Below are positions 1-12,214 of a stretch of 64,000 nt of DNA, in pieces. The position numbers and the translations under genes are program-made. This stretch comes from Mobula hypostoma (lineage: Eukaryota). Below the pieces are notes generated by a model. The model searched no databases, was not told where the DNA came from, and was given only the letters and a program-made list of their open reading frames with translations. Location of the stretch: the NCBI RefSeq assembly GCF_963921235.1, contig NC_086097.1, forward strand, positions 196,046,001 through 196,110,000. The letters are read 5' to 3'. Numbering within the stretch: the first letter of the stretch is position 1; the number at the start of each line of letters is the position of its first letter.

Positions 1-265
1 CTGGCACACCACTAGTTACTGGCCTCCATTCTGAGAAATAACCTTCAGCTACTAGCCTCTGCTTCTCATCTTCAAGCCAATTTGAATCCACCAAACTAAT
101 TCTCCCTGAATTCCATGAGACCTAATTTTTCACACCTACCTATCATGTGGGACTTGTAGAAGGCCTTACTATAGTCCAAAAAGACAACATCCACTGTCCT
201 ACCCTCATATTCCTTTTTGGTTACTTCTTCAAAGAACTCTAAAATCAACCATGATTTTCCATGCA
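1..265 (-). mobile_element. CR1 LINE RT fragment
   Basis: LEFFEEVTK...GRTVDVVFLDYSKAF, the CR1 RT motif. Confidence 0.85.
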
Positions 266-289
266 CAAAGCCACACCGATTCCTCCTAC

Positions 290-451
290 AAACAAGAGAA
301 AACCTGCAGATGCTGGAACTCCAAGCAACACACAGGAAATGCTGGAGGAACTCAGCAGGCCAGGCAGCATCTCTGGAAAAAGAGTCAACAGTCGACTGTT
401 GACTCTTTTCTATAGATGCTGCCTGGCCTGCTGGGTTCCTCCAGTATTTTG
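290..451. mobile_element. Penelope-like terminal-repeat remnant in fold-back (palindromic) arrangement
   Basis: Arm gctggaggaactcagcaggccaggcagcatct and its reverse complement, centred on aacagtc|gactgtt. Confidence 0.75.
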
Positions 452-741
452 AGACCAACTCCTCCTAATCAGATTCTGCCTATCCAATTGCTAGTAGATC
501 CAGTCCCTCAGAATTCCTTCTCCACTGCTGATGTCAGGTTGATGATCCTGTGTTCCTGACGTGCCCTTGTTTCTTAAACAACAGAACCACAGTAGAGACC
601 TTCCTGTCTTTGGGAACTTTATTAGTGGTTAAAGAGAGAGGCAGGTTGACTTGAAAGGACACCGCACTCATATCCGGATTGTCCCAAAGTACAGACATCA
701 TTGATTGATCCATCAGAAGCTCCGCTTGCATTTCTCTTTAC

Positions 742-843
742 CTTTAGGGTTCCATGCACAGAGTATGATCCTACGATCCTCTGGATTATTTTTGATAATA
801 TCAATTACATTCTGAAGCTGATCAACTCCTTGTCCAGTGTAAT
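742..843 (-). CDS. TYMS: Thymidylate synthase, coding exon 4 (102 nt); remaining exons lie outside the window
   Basis: ttgtag|(D)[33 protein letters not shown]|gtaaag. Phase 1-1; intron 3 is only 116 nt. Confidence 0.97.
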
Positions 844-939
844 CTACAATTATCAGGTTGGTAGGAGAACAAAAAGAAAATCAAAAATATTAAGTGAATT
901 TCAAATAATGTCACGCTACAAAAACACCAATCTCAGTTA

Positions 940-1134
<195 letters not shown>

Positions 1135-2689
1135 CTAAAAAAGGAAATAAAGTGTCAAGGGAGTAAAACAAGGGATTAATTACATACTTACATTATCTTC
1201 TCACATTTTTCCAAGTGGCCATTTTGCAATTTTAACCCCCTAAATGATCAAATATTACACAATATTTAAAAGTTAGAACTATTAAGCCACTCCAGATCAT
1301 GTTTTGATTTGACTAGACAATACAAACACATTTTTTCAAAGGGGATCACTGGTAGCTGATCAGCAGGGTCCTACTCCCTCTGTATTTCCAAGTCTATTTC
1401 CTTTCTGTTCCAGTGTTCATTAGAATACTGTTGCAGTTATCTGAAATAGTATAGTAGTTAATGCACTAGATAGGTAGCAAGATCCCATGTTCATTTCTCA
1501 ATTTTAAGATTCTGGCTTAATGAGCATGTGACTTTCCTTAATGTTCTTGATGGTCAGATGCCAGAATTTTGGCTCATATATGAGCAATGAACACCCGAGG
1601 GACCAAGGATAAACAAACACTCAAAGGGGCACTAGAGGTCTTTATATTTTAGATAAGGGCCATCTTCTGGGCTTATTTCCCCACCATCCTTGGTTAGCAA
1701 TTCATCATACTTTAGGACACACCTTACCAACTACCTGTGATCTCTACTTTGCCAGTGAATGAAGCACTTTATTATTTCCCTTGCATACAAACAAGGAAGT
1801 GTGATATCTAAGAAAATGTCTCATTTCCCACTCTCCACTCAGTTGGCCTTTATTGTCTTCTCCCTCTATAATGCGACTTTTCTGCATTGAATTTAATTCC
1901 ATCTTAATTTATTCTTTTACCATATAAAATTCAAACATGATTTTCTGAATCATCCTATTAGCCAAACCTTCTGACATTTTTGTGAATTATGTAATAAAAA
2001 ATAACAATGCAAAGTCATTTTCTAATGGTTTTTTTGTATGTCCTTCCCAAACCCAGTTGAAACTTTGTCTGCTGTCAGAAGAGAAACTCTTCTACAAGTA
2101 ATTCCCAATTACATTTTCAAACTCCCCAACTGTCTTGCACTGCACATGTTTTTTTTTAAATTTAAAATGGTACTCCCTGCTACAGCCCTGAACTCTCATG
2201 CATTTCTAGCATTAGACCTCATCTATGAAGTCTAGATGAGGTCTAATTCATCCCATTTCCTCCACATTAGTCCTACCAAATTACCAATGATACAGCTGCC
2301 TTTATAGATCATAATGTTTAATAATATTAACTATAATACCAAATTAAGTCCTGTGCACCTATTCATCAAAATTACCATCCCACCTCTCTTCAAAAACACT
2401 AAAACCCCTTATCGAGCATCTAAGGTCTTTGAACGTACTACCACACAAATCTATGGTACTCTTTCTCACAAATTCATACAGAATTCCTCCAGTCTGGATT
2501 CTGCTACAGGACTGAAATGGCCCATGTCAACTCACAAATGAAATCATAAATAACAATAACCACTTCTTATCATTCCCATCCTCTCCACTCTCTTTGGTCT
2601 AATTGATCATACTGACCTCCTTCAAAACCATCCAGATGTTTGATTTCAACTGCTATCCACTTTAATAACTCGGTATTTTTCAACGGTAA

Positions 2690-3595
2690 TGACTGGGTGA
2701 TCCCAAGACATTTGTCTTTTTCAGACTGATAGACCAATTTCCTTGCAGGCCTAAGAAGAGCAGTGCATCTAGCTCTGGAGGTGCTGCAGTGTGTGGGTTG
2801 CGACTGCTGCATCATTAGCAAATAGCATGAGTCCGATCATAGCCTCATGCAGTTTGGTTTTGGCTCTTGGGTGGGCAAAGTTAAAAAGCTTGTCATCTGA
2901 TCTAGTGCGGAGGCAGATCCCCTCTGTTGCAGTGCCAAATACGTGCCTCAGAAGGGTGAAGAAATTCCCAAAGAGCGTTGGGGCAAAGACACAGCCTTGC
3001 TTGACAGCAGTATGTCAAAGGACTCTGAATCAACAAGCACACTGGGAAGGCTGCAAATGAGGTGGCAGTCTACAATGCTAGTGTCACCAGCACACTGTTT
3101 TACTGCAGCAAGACCTGGACAGACTATTCTAAGCAGGAGAAAAGATTCCATACTTTCCATTTAAGGTCCCTCTTGTGTAGGCCCTGCTCAGACAGCATAG
3201 GCTGTGCTGGCTGGGCCATGTCCATCACATCCAAAAGATCCTCTACGGTGAGTTGGCTTCGGGCAAGACAACCGAATGTCTGCAAATGGGACATGAATGC
3301 GATGGGCATCAACACTTGAGTTCTGGGAGCCACTGAAATAGGCAGAGAAACATCTTGAAACAACACCTTAAGTCAGGCGATGAAAAATTCCTGAAAGAGG
3401 CTGAACACAAACAGGCCTGTCGAAAGGAACACTGCAACCCCAGCAGAGCTGAGAACACTTACAGATGCAACCTTTGCAAAAGAAACTGCCACCCTTGCAT
3501 TGGTCTCCTCAACTACAGACAGCGCTGCACCAACAACAGAGATACCTAGGATGCAACATCCATGGCTGACCTCAACCAACAGGGGACCACAATAA
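2690..3595. mobile_element. RTE-clade LINE fragment with inverted 5' part
   Basis: Minus strand ~2690-3000 reads LRTRSDDKLFN..RAKTK..LFANDAA (RT). Plus strand ~3010-3550 ends YRCNLCKRNCHPCIGLLNYRQRC (RTE C-terminal Cys/His motif). Confidence 0.75.
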
Positions 3596-3604
3596 CAGTT
3601 TTAC

Positions 3605-4080
3605 TTTCTCACTCCTCCAGTAACCTCTGGAGTTTTCCCAAAGATCTATGTTTTACTCCTCCCCTTTCTCAGCTACACAACACTCCTTGACAACATAATC
3701 AGTAAATAAAATACATACACATACACCAGGGGCACCTCTTCTACCTCTTCCCAGCACTATTTCCCTCATTGGCTCCAAGTGCCACCGATTTAACCACTTT
3801 CTAGTCTGATTCAGGAATGGCTGAACAGAAACATATTGAAATAAATATTAAAAGGACTGAAGTCATTGCCTTGAGCCTTACCACAAACTCCATTCCATAA
3901 TCACTGTTTGACTCCCTCTCTGTGGGAGCTGTGGCAAAAATGAATCAGATTTTTTTGGCTTAACAGTGGAAAATGAAATACTGACCATAAATCTGCTTCC
4001 TTACCATGATTCCTGCAACGATGTTCAACCCTTCCCCTGCCTCTACACATCTGTTGTAAAATCCACATTAATCCCTTTGC
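3605..4080 (+). mobile_element. Highly decayed L2-like LINE RT fragment
   Basis: Degenerate 'GVPQGS..LLF..Y' and 'YADDTQLY'-like stretch; weak. Confidence 0.4.
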
Positions 4081-4161
4081 TATGTGTACACTGGGCAGTT
4101 CCAAGGATCTCCTTGCCAACCTTGTCCCCCTCACTTTACATATAGCTGTTCCAATTTTTCT

Positions 4162-4330
4162 AAGCAACACCCACAAAATGTTAGAGGAACTCAACAGGCC
4201 AGGCAGCATCTATGGAAAAAAGTACCTGAAACATCGACTTTTTTTTCTCTTGATGCTGCCTGGCCTGCTGAGTTCTTCCAACATTTTGTGTGTGTTGCTC
4301 AGATTTCCAGCATCTGCAGATTTTCCTCAT
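4162..4330. mobile_element. Penelope-like terminal-repeat remnant, fold-back
   Basis: Same arms as 290-451, with the junction at aagtac|ctgaaacatcgact. Confidence 0.7.
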
Positions 4331-4504
4331 TTCCAATTTTACTAATTTGCATCAAGTTCTTTTCACCTGCCATTCACTCTTTCTGGTCTGTATTGGCTTC
4401 AGAAACAAATCTGAGATTTTAACCTTCACGGTAGCACAGACTTTGGTATCCTGCAGGTACCCCAGTTCCTTCCCATATCCAAAAGTATTCGGAAATACAT
4501 CCAA

Positions 4505-5905
4505 TTCATAAATTGGAATATCACTGGCATATAGTGTGAAATTTGTAGTTCTGCAGCAGTACTAAAGCAATACATAATAAAAACAAATTACAATTATGTA
4601 AGTTAAATAGGAAATAAAAAAAAAGTAAAAGAAATAGTGAGGTTTCATCGGATTCATTGTCCATTCAGAAATCTGATGGCAGAGGGGTAGTAATTGTTTC
4701 TGAAAACTATGTGTACATTCAGACTCCTGCCCCCTTCCTTTGACAGTGGCAATGAGAAGAGGGCATGTTCTGGGTGATGGGGGTCCTTAAGGACAGTGCC
4801 ACCTTTTTGAGGCATCGCCTTTTGAAGGTGTTCTGGATGGTGGGGAGGCTGGTGCCCACGATGGAGCCGGCTGAGTTCACAACATTCTGCGGCTTTTTCC
4901 GATCCTGTGCAGTGGCCCCTCCATACCAGATGATGATGCAGCCAATCAGAATACTCTCCACGGCACATCTGTAAAAATGTGCTCGTCCTTGGTGACATAC
5001 CAAATCTCCTCAAACTCCTTATGAAATATACCTACTGTCATGCCTTCTTCGTAATTGCATCAATATATTGGGCCCAGGATAGATCTTCAGATGTTGACAT
5101 CCCAAAACTTAAAACTGTTCAACCTTTCCACTGCTAATCCCTCCACGAAGACTGGTGTGTGTTCCTTTGACTTCCCTTCCCTGAAGTCCACAATCAATTC
5201 TTTGGTCCAAATGGCACTGAGTGCAAGGTTGTTTTTATGACATCATTCAGTCAACTAATCTATCTCACTAAATGAACACCCCCATCACCATCTGAAATTC
5301 TGTCAACAATAGTTATGTCATCAACAAATTTATAGATGGTGTTTGAACTGTGCCTGGCCACACAGTCATAGGTGTAGAGAGAGTAGAGCAGTGGACTAAG
5401 CACGCATCCTTGAAGTGCGCCAGTGTTGATTGTCAGAGAGGAACAGATGTTATTTACGAATCGCACTGGCTGTTGACTCCCGATGACAAAAGTCAAGGAT
5501 CCAGTTGCAGAGGGAGGCACAGAAGCCCACGTTTTGGAGCTTGTTGATTAGTACTAAAGATATGGTGGTGTTGAACACAGCTGTAATCATTAAACAGCAG
5601 GCTGACATATATATTGCTATTGTCCAGGTGATCCAAGGAAGAGTGGAGAGCCAGTGAGTCTGCATGCATGATATACCTATTGTGGTGATATACAAATTAC
5701 AGTGAGTCCAGGTCCTTGGTTAGCCAGGAGTTGATTCTGGCCTTGACCAACCTCCCAATGCAATTCATCACAGCAGATATGAATGCAAGCAGATGATATT
5801 CGTAAACGCAGCTCAGCCTGGGCACTAATATAATTGTCATCCTTTTGAAGCAGATGGGAACCACAGGCTGCAGCAGTGCGAGATTGAAGATGGCCTTGAA
5901 CACAC
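4505..5905 (-). mobile_element. Rex1/Babar LINE, 3' half, degraded
   Basis: GALQGCVLSPLLYSLYTYDC...KFVDDITIV and YRCAVESILIGCIIIWYG motifs. Confidence 0.85.
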
Positions 5906-6009
5906 ATTGTTTTGATAAACCTAACCAATTAGAGACTATTACAAGAAAATGATACTACTAAAATTATCACAAAATTTCTAAGATCCTTAGACAAAACCAT
6001 AATACTTAC

Positions 6010-6083
6010 TTTGATGAACCACAACAGCTCTTGTAGAATTCCTTTCCAGAATACTCGTTTAGTAGTAAGCAGGGGGAAAGAAT
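6010..6083 (-). CDS. TYMS: Thymidylate synthase, coding exon 2 (74 nt)
   Basis: tttcag|(D)[24 protein letters not shown]|gtaagt. Phase 1-0; matches the vertebrate TYMS exon 2 sequence and boundaries. Confidence 0.97.
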
Positions 6084-6879
6084 CTGAAAGACAAAATATT
6101 TGTAACTTTATTAGAGCACTGAGGATCATGTGAGTGAATTTCATTGACCTAGATTGAAATAGCAAATACATTTCCATATCACCTAATTAATAAAAGCCCA
6201 GAAAGAAAAATGCTCTATTCCACAAAAAGGAAAGAAAAAAAAAACCCAGCAGCAAGGGCAGACCATTTTTATGCTGCAAATATTTAAGGCTTAAGAAAAT
6301 ATACTTTATATGCTTGAGCCTAAACATACATGATTCATTTCATCAACACTTCTAGCAAAGTGTGATAAAGAGCTAATTACTCAAAGCATTCATATCAGTA
6401 TAGGGAGAATTACAAACAGCACACAATTTTTGTATTTGGATTGAGGATTAAGAGAAACAAGCAAAAAAGTTGGAGCTTTATCCAGGCTCTGATCAGTCAC
6501 GATCTTATTGAATAGCAGAGGAGGTCCTGCTCTTCTTGTACTTTCTTAAAATTTGATCTCTAGTTGGCACCAAAATAGGCCATCACCTTTACACTGGGTC
6601 TTCTGGCCCAGAAGCAAGGAAGGAAAGGACAAAAATAAATTTACCCAAAACTCCAAACTTATTACTTGCAGATTAATAGGGTCAGGATTTACCAAATTCT
6701 GCTCTCAGAACAGCCTAGAGGCACACCACAAGAACTCAGTCGCAAATAAATTTCACTTGCATATAGTAACACATGGCTGTTTCTTGTGGAACTACAGTCC
6801 AATACAATTCACTGGCTGGAGTAAAAGGAAAATTTGTAATTAAAATTTCTCAAAGAACACCATTCTTGACTGCACCAAC

Positions 6880-7400
6880 TTGGGCATTCAACCAGTGTGC
6901 AAAAGACAACAAACTGCAAATACAAAAAGAAATACTAATAATAAATAAGAAAGCCATAAATATTGAGAACATGAGATGAAGAGTCCTTGAAAGTGAACCT
7001 ATAGGTTGTGGGAACATTCCATTGCTGAGGCAAGTATAGTTATCCCCTTTGATTCAATAGCCTGATGATGTAGTTGAGGGATTATAACTGTTCCTGAACT
7101 TGCTAGTGTGAGTCTTAAGGCTCCTGTACCTTCTTCCTGATGGCAGCAGTGAGAAGAGAGCATGACCTGGGTAGTGGATGCTGCTTTCCTACAACAACGC
7201 TTCACGTAGACATGCTCAGTGGTGGGGAGGGCTTTACACCTAATGGACAGGGGTACTTTTCGTAGGATTTTTCATCAAGGGCATTGGTGTTTCCATACCA
7301 GGCTGTGACGCAGCCGGTCAATATACACTCCATCCACACATCTATAGAAGATTATCAAAGTTTTAGATGTCATACCGAATCTTTGTAAACTCCTAAGGAG
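6880..7400 (-). mobile_element. Rex1/Babar 3' fragment
   Basis: Similar to the 3' portion of the 4505-5905 copy (CCRKAAS...HALFSLLPSGRR). Confidence 0.75.
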
Positions 7401-7439
7401 GCATTTCTTTAGTCTTCTTAAAAAATTTAAACAGTTAAA

Positions 7440-9780
7440 CATAGATTATAGAACAGTACAGCACACAAACAGGCCATTTGGCCCACAACATTGTGCCAAA
7501 CCAGCTAAAAAGCAGATCAAAAACACCCAAACACTCTGAGTAAAAAAAAAACAACTTACTACCCCTTCTCACCTTCAATGTATGCCCTCTGGTATTTCTA
7601 CTCTGGGAAGCAGATATTCTGCCCACTCTAGCTATGCCTCTCATAATCTTGCAAACCTCTAACAGATCTCCCCTCAGCCTCCAATGCTCCAGAGAAAACA
7701 ACACAAGTTCGTCCAGCCCTCTAAACCAGGCAGCATCCTGGTAAACCTCTTCTGTACCCTCTCCAGAGAAAACAGCACAAGTTTGTCCAGCCCTCTAAAC
7801 CAGGCAGCATCCTGGTAAACCTCTCCTGTACCCTCTCCAAAGCTTCAACAACCTTCCTATAGTGAGGCGACAAGAGCTGTACACCATACTCCAGATGTGG
7901 CCTAACTAGTTTCATAAACGGCAACATAACTTCCTGACTTTTGAACTCAATGCCTCGACTAGCAAAAGCAAGCATTCCATGCCTCATTAATCAACCTATC
8001 AACCTTTCTCTTAACAGTATACTTTCTCATTGCATTTGCCCTACTGAGGTGCAGCACCTCATATTTATCTGGGTTGAACTCCACCTGCCATTTCCCAGCC
8101 CATATCTGCAACCGATCTATGTTGTGCTGTATTCTTTGCCAGTCTTCTACACTGTCCACAACTCCACCAATCTTGGTGTCATCCACATACTTATCAACCC
8201 TTATCAACTCCCATCTACATTTTCATCCAGGTCGTTTATATACATTACAAACAACAGAGGTCCCAACACATCACTGCAGAACTCCACTAATTACAGACAT
8301 CCAGCTTGAATAAGTCCTTTCAACCACTACCCTCTGCCTGCCATGTGCAAGCCAGTTCTGAATCCAGTTAATTTGCTATGGATCCCATGCATTTTAATCT
8401 TTTGGATTAGCCTCCCATGAGGAACTTTGTCAGACGCCTTACTAAAATCCATGTTGACAACATCCACTGCCCCATCCTCATCAATCTCTCTCGTCACTTT
8501 GTCAAGAAACTCTATTAAGTCTCTGTGCCCAGAGAGGATACTAGTCAAGGACCCAGCAATCTCCGCCCTGGTTTCTTTCAATAACCTGGCGTAAATCCCA
8601 TCAGGCCCTGGGGACTTGTCCACCTTGATACTCATTAGGAAGGCCAACACATCCTCCTCCTCGACTTCTAAATGCCCTAGCATATTTATACATGCAGCAC
8701 TGATTTCCTGGTCCTCCATATCCTTTTCCTTGGTAAATACTGAAGCAAAGTACTCATTAAGTACCTCACTCATTCTCCGCATCCAAGCAAATGTTACCCA
8801 TTTTATCCTTGAGTAGTCCCACCCTCTTCCTAGTTATCCTCTGATTATATGTATAGAATGCCTTGAGATTCACCTTAATCCCACTTGCCAAGGATTTTTC
8901 ATGGACCCTCCTGGCTTTCCTAATCCCCTTCTTCAGTTCTTTTCTGTTTTCTTTACACTCCTTATGTGCTCTGTTTGATCCTGACTTCTGAAGCTTCACG
9001 TACTTTTCCTTTTTCTTCTTGACTAAATTCATTTTCTCTCTGGACATCCAAGGTTCTCCTATCTTTCCATCCCAGTCCTTCCTTCTAATAGGAACATATC
9101 TTTCCTGCACTATGTGCAATTGATCTTTAAACACCCTCCACATGTCTGATGTGGACTAGCCAGAGAAAATGTAATCCCAATTAGCACTGTTTAGTTCCTC
9201 CCTAATGCCCTCCTAATCTGCCCCATTCCAATTTAAAACTCTCCACAAGGGCTACACCTATCCGTATCGATAGCTAGCCTGAAAGTGAGGGAGTTGTGGT
9301 CACTGTTCCCTGACTGTTCATCCACTGAAAGGTCAGTCACCTGGCCAGGTCCGGTATGGTTTCTTCTCACATTGGACCGTCCACATATTGATTTAAGAAA
9401 CCTTCCTGAATATACTTAGCAAATTCTGCCCCTGCACCAAGATGGTCCCAGTTTATATTAGGGAAGTTGAAATCCCCCATGAAAACAACCCTTTTTACAC
9501 ATTTCCTTAATCTGATTACATATCTGTTCCTCAATGTCCCAGTGGCTGTTGGGGGGGGGGGTCTGTTATACAATCCCAGCAGTGTGACTGCACCCTTCCT
9601 ATTCCTGAGTTCCACCCACATGGACTCAGAGCCTGACCCCTCCATTACGTCTCCTTCCCCTGAGCACAGCTGTGATTTTGTCCCTGACTAGTAGGGCAAC
9701 TCCACCCCCTCTTTTACCTCCTCCATCATTTCTCAAACTTTGAAAACCTGCTACATTAATCACCCATTCTTACCCCTCTT
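7440..9780 (-). mobile_element. CR1 LINE ORF2 (endonuclease to 3' tail), degraded, with a ~75-bp internal tandem duplication at ~7687-7835
   Basis: ESMWVELRNRKG, VFMGDFNFPNINW, DKSPGPDGIY, MDFSKASDKVPH, YVDDTKIGG and LVRPHLEY motifs; tail ttctat. Confidence 0.9.
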
Positions 9781-9915
9781 CAGAATTAGGTTCATTATCT
9801 CCAGCATGTGACGTGAAATTTGTTAACTTAGTAGCAGCAGTTCAATGCAATACATAATATAGAAGAGAAAAAAAATAAAATAATAAATAAGTAAACCAAT
9901 TAAGGTATACGTATA

Positions 9916-10486
9916 CAACAGGAATTCTGCAGATGCTGGAAATTCAAGCAACACACATCAAAGTTGCTGGTGAACGCAGCAGGCCAGGCAGCATCTGTAG
10001 GAAGAGGTGCAGTCGACGTTTCAGGCAGAGACCCTTCGTCAGGACTAACTGAAGGAAGAGCTAGTAAGAGATTTGAAAGTAGGAGGGGGAGAGGGAGATC
10101 CAAAATGATAGGAGAAGACAGGAGGGGGAGGGATGGAGCCAAGAGCTGGACAGGTGATTGGCAAAAGGAATACGAGAGGATCATGGGACAGGAGGTCCGG
10201 GAAGAAAGACAAGTGGGGGGGATCCCAGAGGATGGGCAAGGGGTATATTCAGAGTGACAGAGGGAGAAAAAAGGAGAGTGAGAGAAAGAATGTGTGTATA
10301 AAAATAAAAAACAGATGGGGTACGAGGGGGAGATGGGGCATTAGCGGAAGTTAGAGAAGTCGATGTTCATGCCATCAGGTTGGAGGCGACCCAGACGGAA
10401 TTTAAGGTGTTGTTCTTCCAACCTGAGTGTGGCTTCATCTTTACAGTAGAGGAGGCCGTGGATAGACATGTTAGAATGGGAATGGA
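9916..10486 (-). mobile_element. Penelope-like element 3' end (GIY-YIG C-terminus plus terminal repeat with hammerhead motif)
   Basis: DEATLRLEEQHLKFRLGRLQPDGMNIDFSNFR* on the minus strand; closely similar to 48985-49660. Confidence 0.85.
10011..10046 (-). ncRNA. Minimal hammerhead ribozyme motif (Penelope type)
   Basis: AGUC-CUGACGA-AGGGUCUCUGCCU-GAAAC-GUC-GACU: intact core, stem I AGUC/GACU, stem II AGG/CCU, palindromic ACGU in place of stem III. Confidence 0.7.
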
Positions 10487-12214
10487 ATGTGGAATTAAAA
10501 AGTGCAAAAAACAGAAATACTGTTTAGTAAAAAAAGTGTTCAAGGGTTCAATGTCCATTTAGGAATTGGATGGCAGAGGAGAAGAAGCTGTTCCTGAATC
10601 GCTGAGTGTGTGCCTTCAGGCTTCTGTACCTCCTACCTGATGGTAACAGTGACAAAAGGGCATGCCCTGGGTGCTGGAGGTCCTTAATAATGGACACTGC
10701 CTTTCTGAGTCACCGCTCCCTGAAGATGTCTTGGGTACTTTGTAGGCCAGTACCCAAGATGGAGCCGACTAGATTTACAATCCTCTGCAGCTTCTTTCGG
10801 TCCTGTGCAGTAGCCCCCCACCCCACCCCACCCCACCCCCATACCAGACAGTGATGCAGCCTGTCAGAATGCTCTCCATGGTACATCTATAGAAGTTTTT
10901 GAGTGTATTTGTTGACATGCCAAATCTCTTCAAACTCCTAATGAATTATAGCCACTGTCTTGCCTTCTTTATAACTACATCGATATGTTGGGGCCAGGTT
11001 AGATCCTCAGAGATCTTGACAGCCAGGAACTTGAAACTGCTCACTCTCTCCACTTCTGATCCCTCTGTGAGGATTGTGTTCCTTCAGCTTACTCTTCTGG
11101 AAGTTCACAATCAGCTCTTTCTTACTGACGTTGAGTGCCAGGTTACTGCTGCAGCACCACTCCACTAGTTTGCATATCTCACTCCTGTACGCCCTCTCGT
11201 CACCACCTGAGATTCTACCAACAATGGTTCTATCATCAGCAAATTTATAGATGGCACTTAAGCAATGCCTAGCCACACAGTCATGTGTATATAGACAGTA
11301 GAGCAGCTGGCTAAGCACACACCCAAGGTGTGCCAGTGTAGATCATCACCAAGGGGGATACATTATCACCAATCCACACAGATTGTGGTCTTCTGATTAG
11401 GAAGTTGAGGATTCAATTGCAGAGGGAGGTACAGAGGCCCAGATTCTGCAACTTCTCAATCAGGATTGTGGGAATGATGGTATTAAATGCTGAGCTGTAG
11501 TCGATGAACAGCATCCTGACCTAGGTGTTTGCCTTGTCCAGGTGGTCTAAAACTGTGTGGAGAGTCATTGAGATTACGTCTGCCGTTGACCTATTGTGGC
11601 AATAGGCAAATTGGAATTGGTCCAGGTCCTTGCTGAGGCAGGAGTTCAGTCTAGTCATGACCAACCTCTCAAAGCATTTCATCACTCTCGATGTGAGTGC
11701 TACCAAGCGATAGTTATTAAGGCAGCTCATGTTATTCTTCTTAGGCACTGGCATAATTGTTGCCTTTTTGAAGTAGGTGGGAACTTCCATCCATAGCAGT
11801 GAGAGGTTGAAAATGTCCTTGAATACTCCCGCCAGCTGGTTGGCACAGGTTTTCAGAGTCTTACCAGGTACTCTATCGGGACCTTCTGCCTTGTAAGGGT
11901 TCACTCTCTTTAAAGACAGCCTAACATCGGCCTCTGAGACAGAGACCACAGGGTCATCAGGTGCAGCAGGGGTTTTCACAGCTGTAGTTATGTTCTCCTT
12001 TTCAAAGCAGGCATAGAAGGCATTGAGTTCATCTGATAGTGAAACCTCGCTGCCGTTCGTACTATTGATGCTCTCTTTCACAGACATCCCACCTCTCCCG
12101 GAAGTTCCGGCAGTCTCCTGCATATTGATAGCGGCTCCCTGACGCCCGCAAATTATATAAAATATCGAGGGACAGAGGGACAGAGGATCCTGATTGGTCT
12201 CTCTTTGTGCTAAG

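Larger units (their letters stand above)
9782..12070 (-). mobile_element. Rex1/Babar LINE, 5'-truncated, interrupted by a Penelope-like insertion
   Basis: KAEGPDRVPG..CANQLAGVFKDIFNLSL..VMKCFERLV and YKFADDRTIVG motifs; the 3' tail resumes at 9782-9915. Confidence 0.9.

Noticed and set aside
5929..6177. 82-aa ORF containing a TS segment
   Set aside because: Only 6010-6083 is exon; the remainder is intron read-through.
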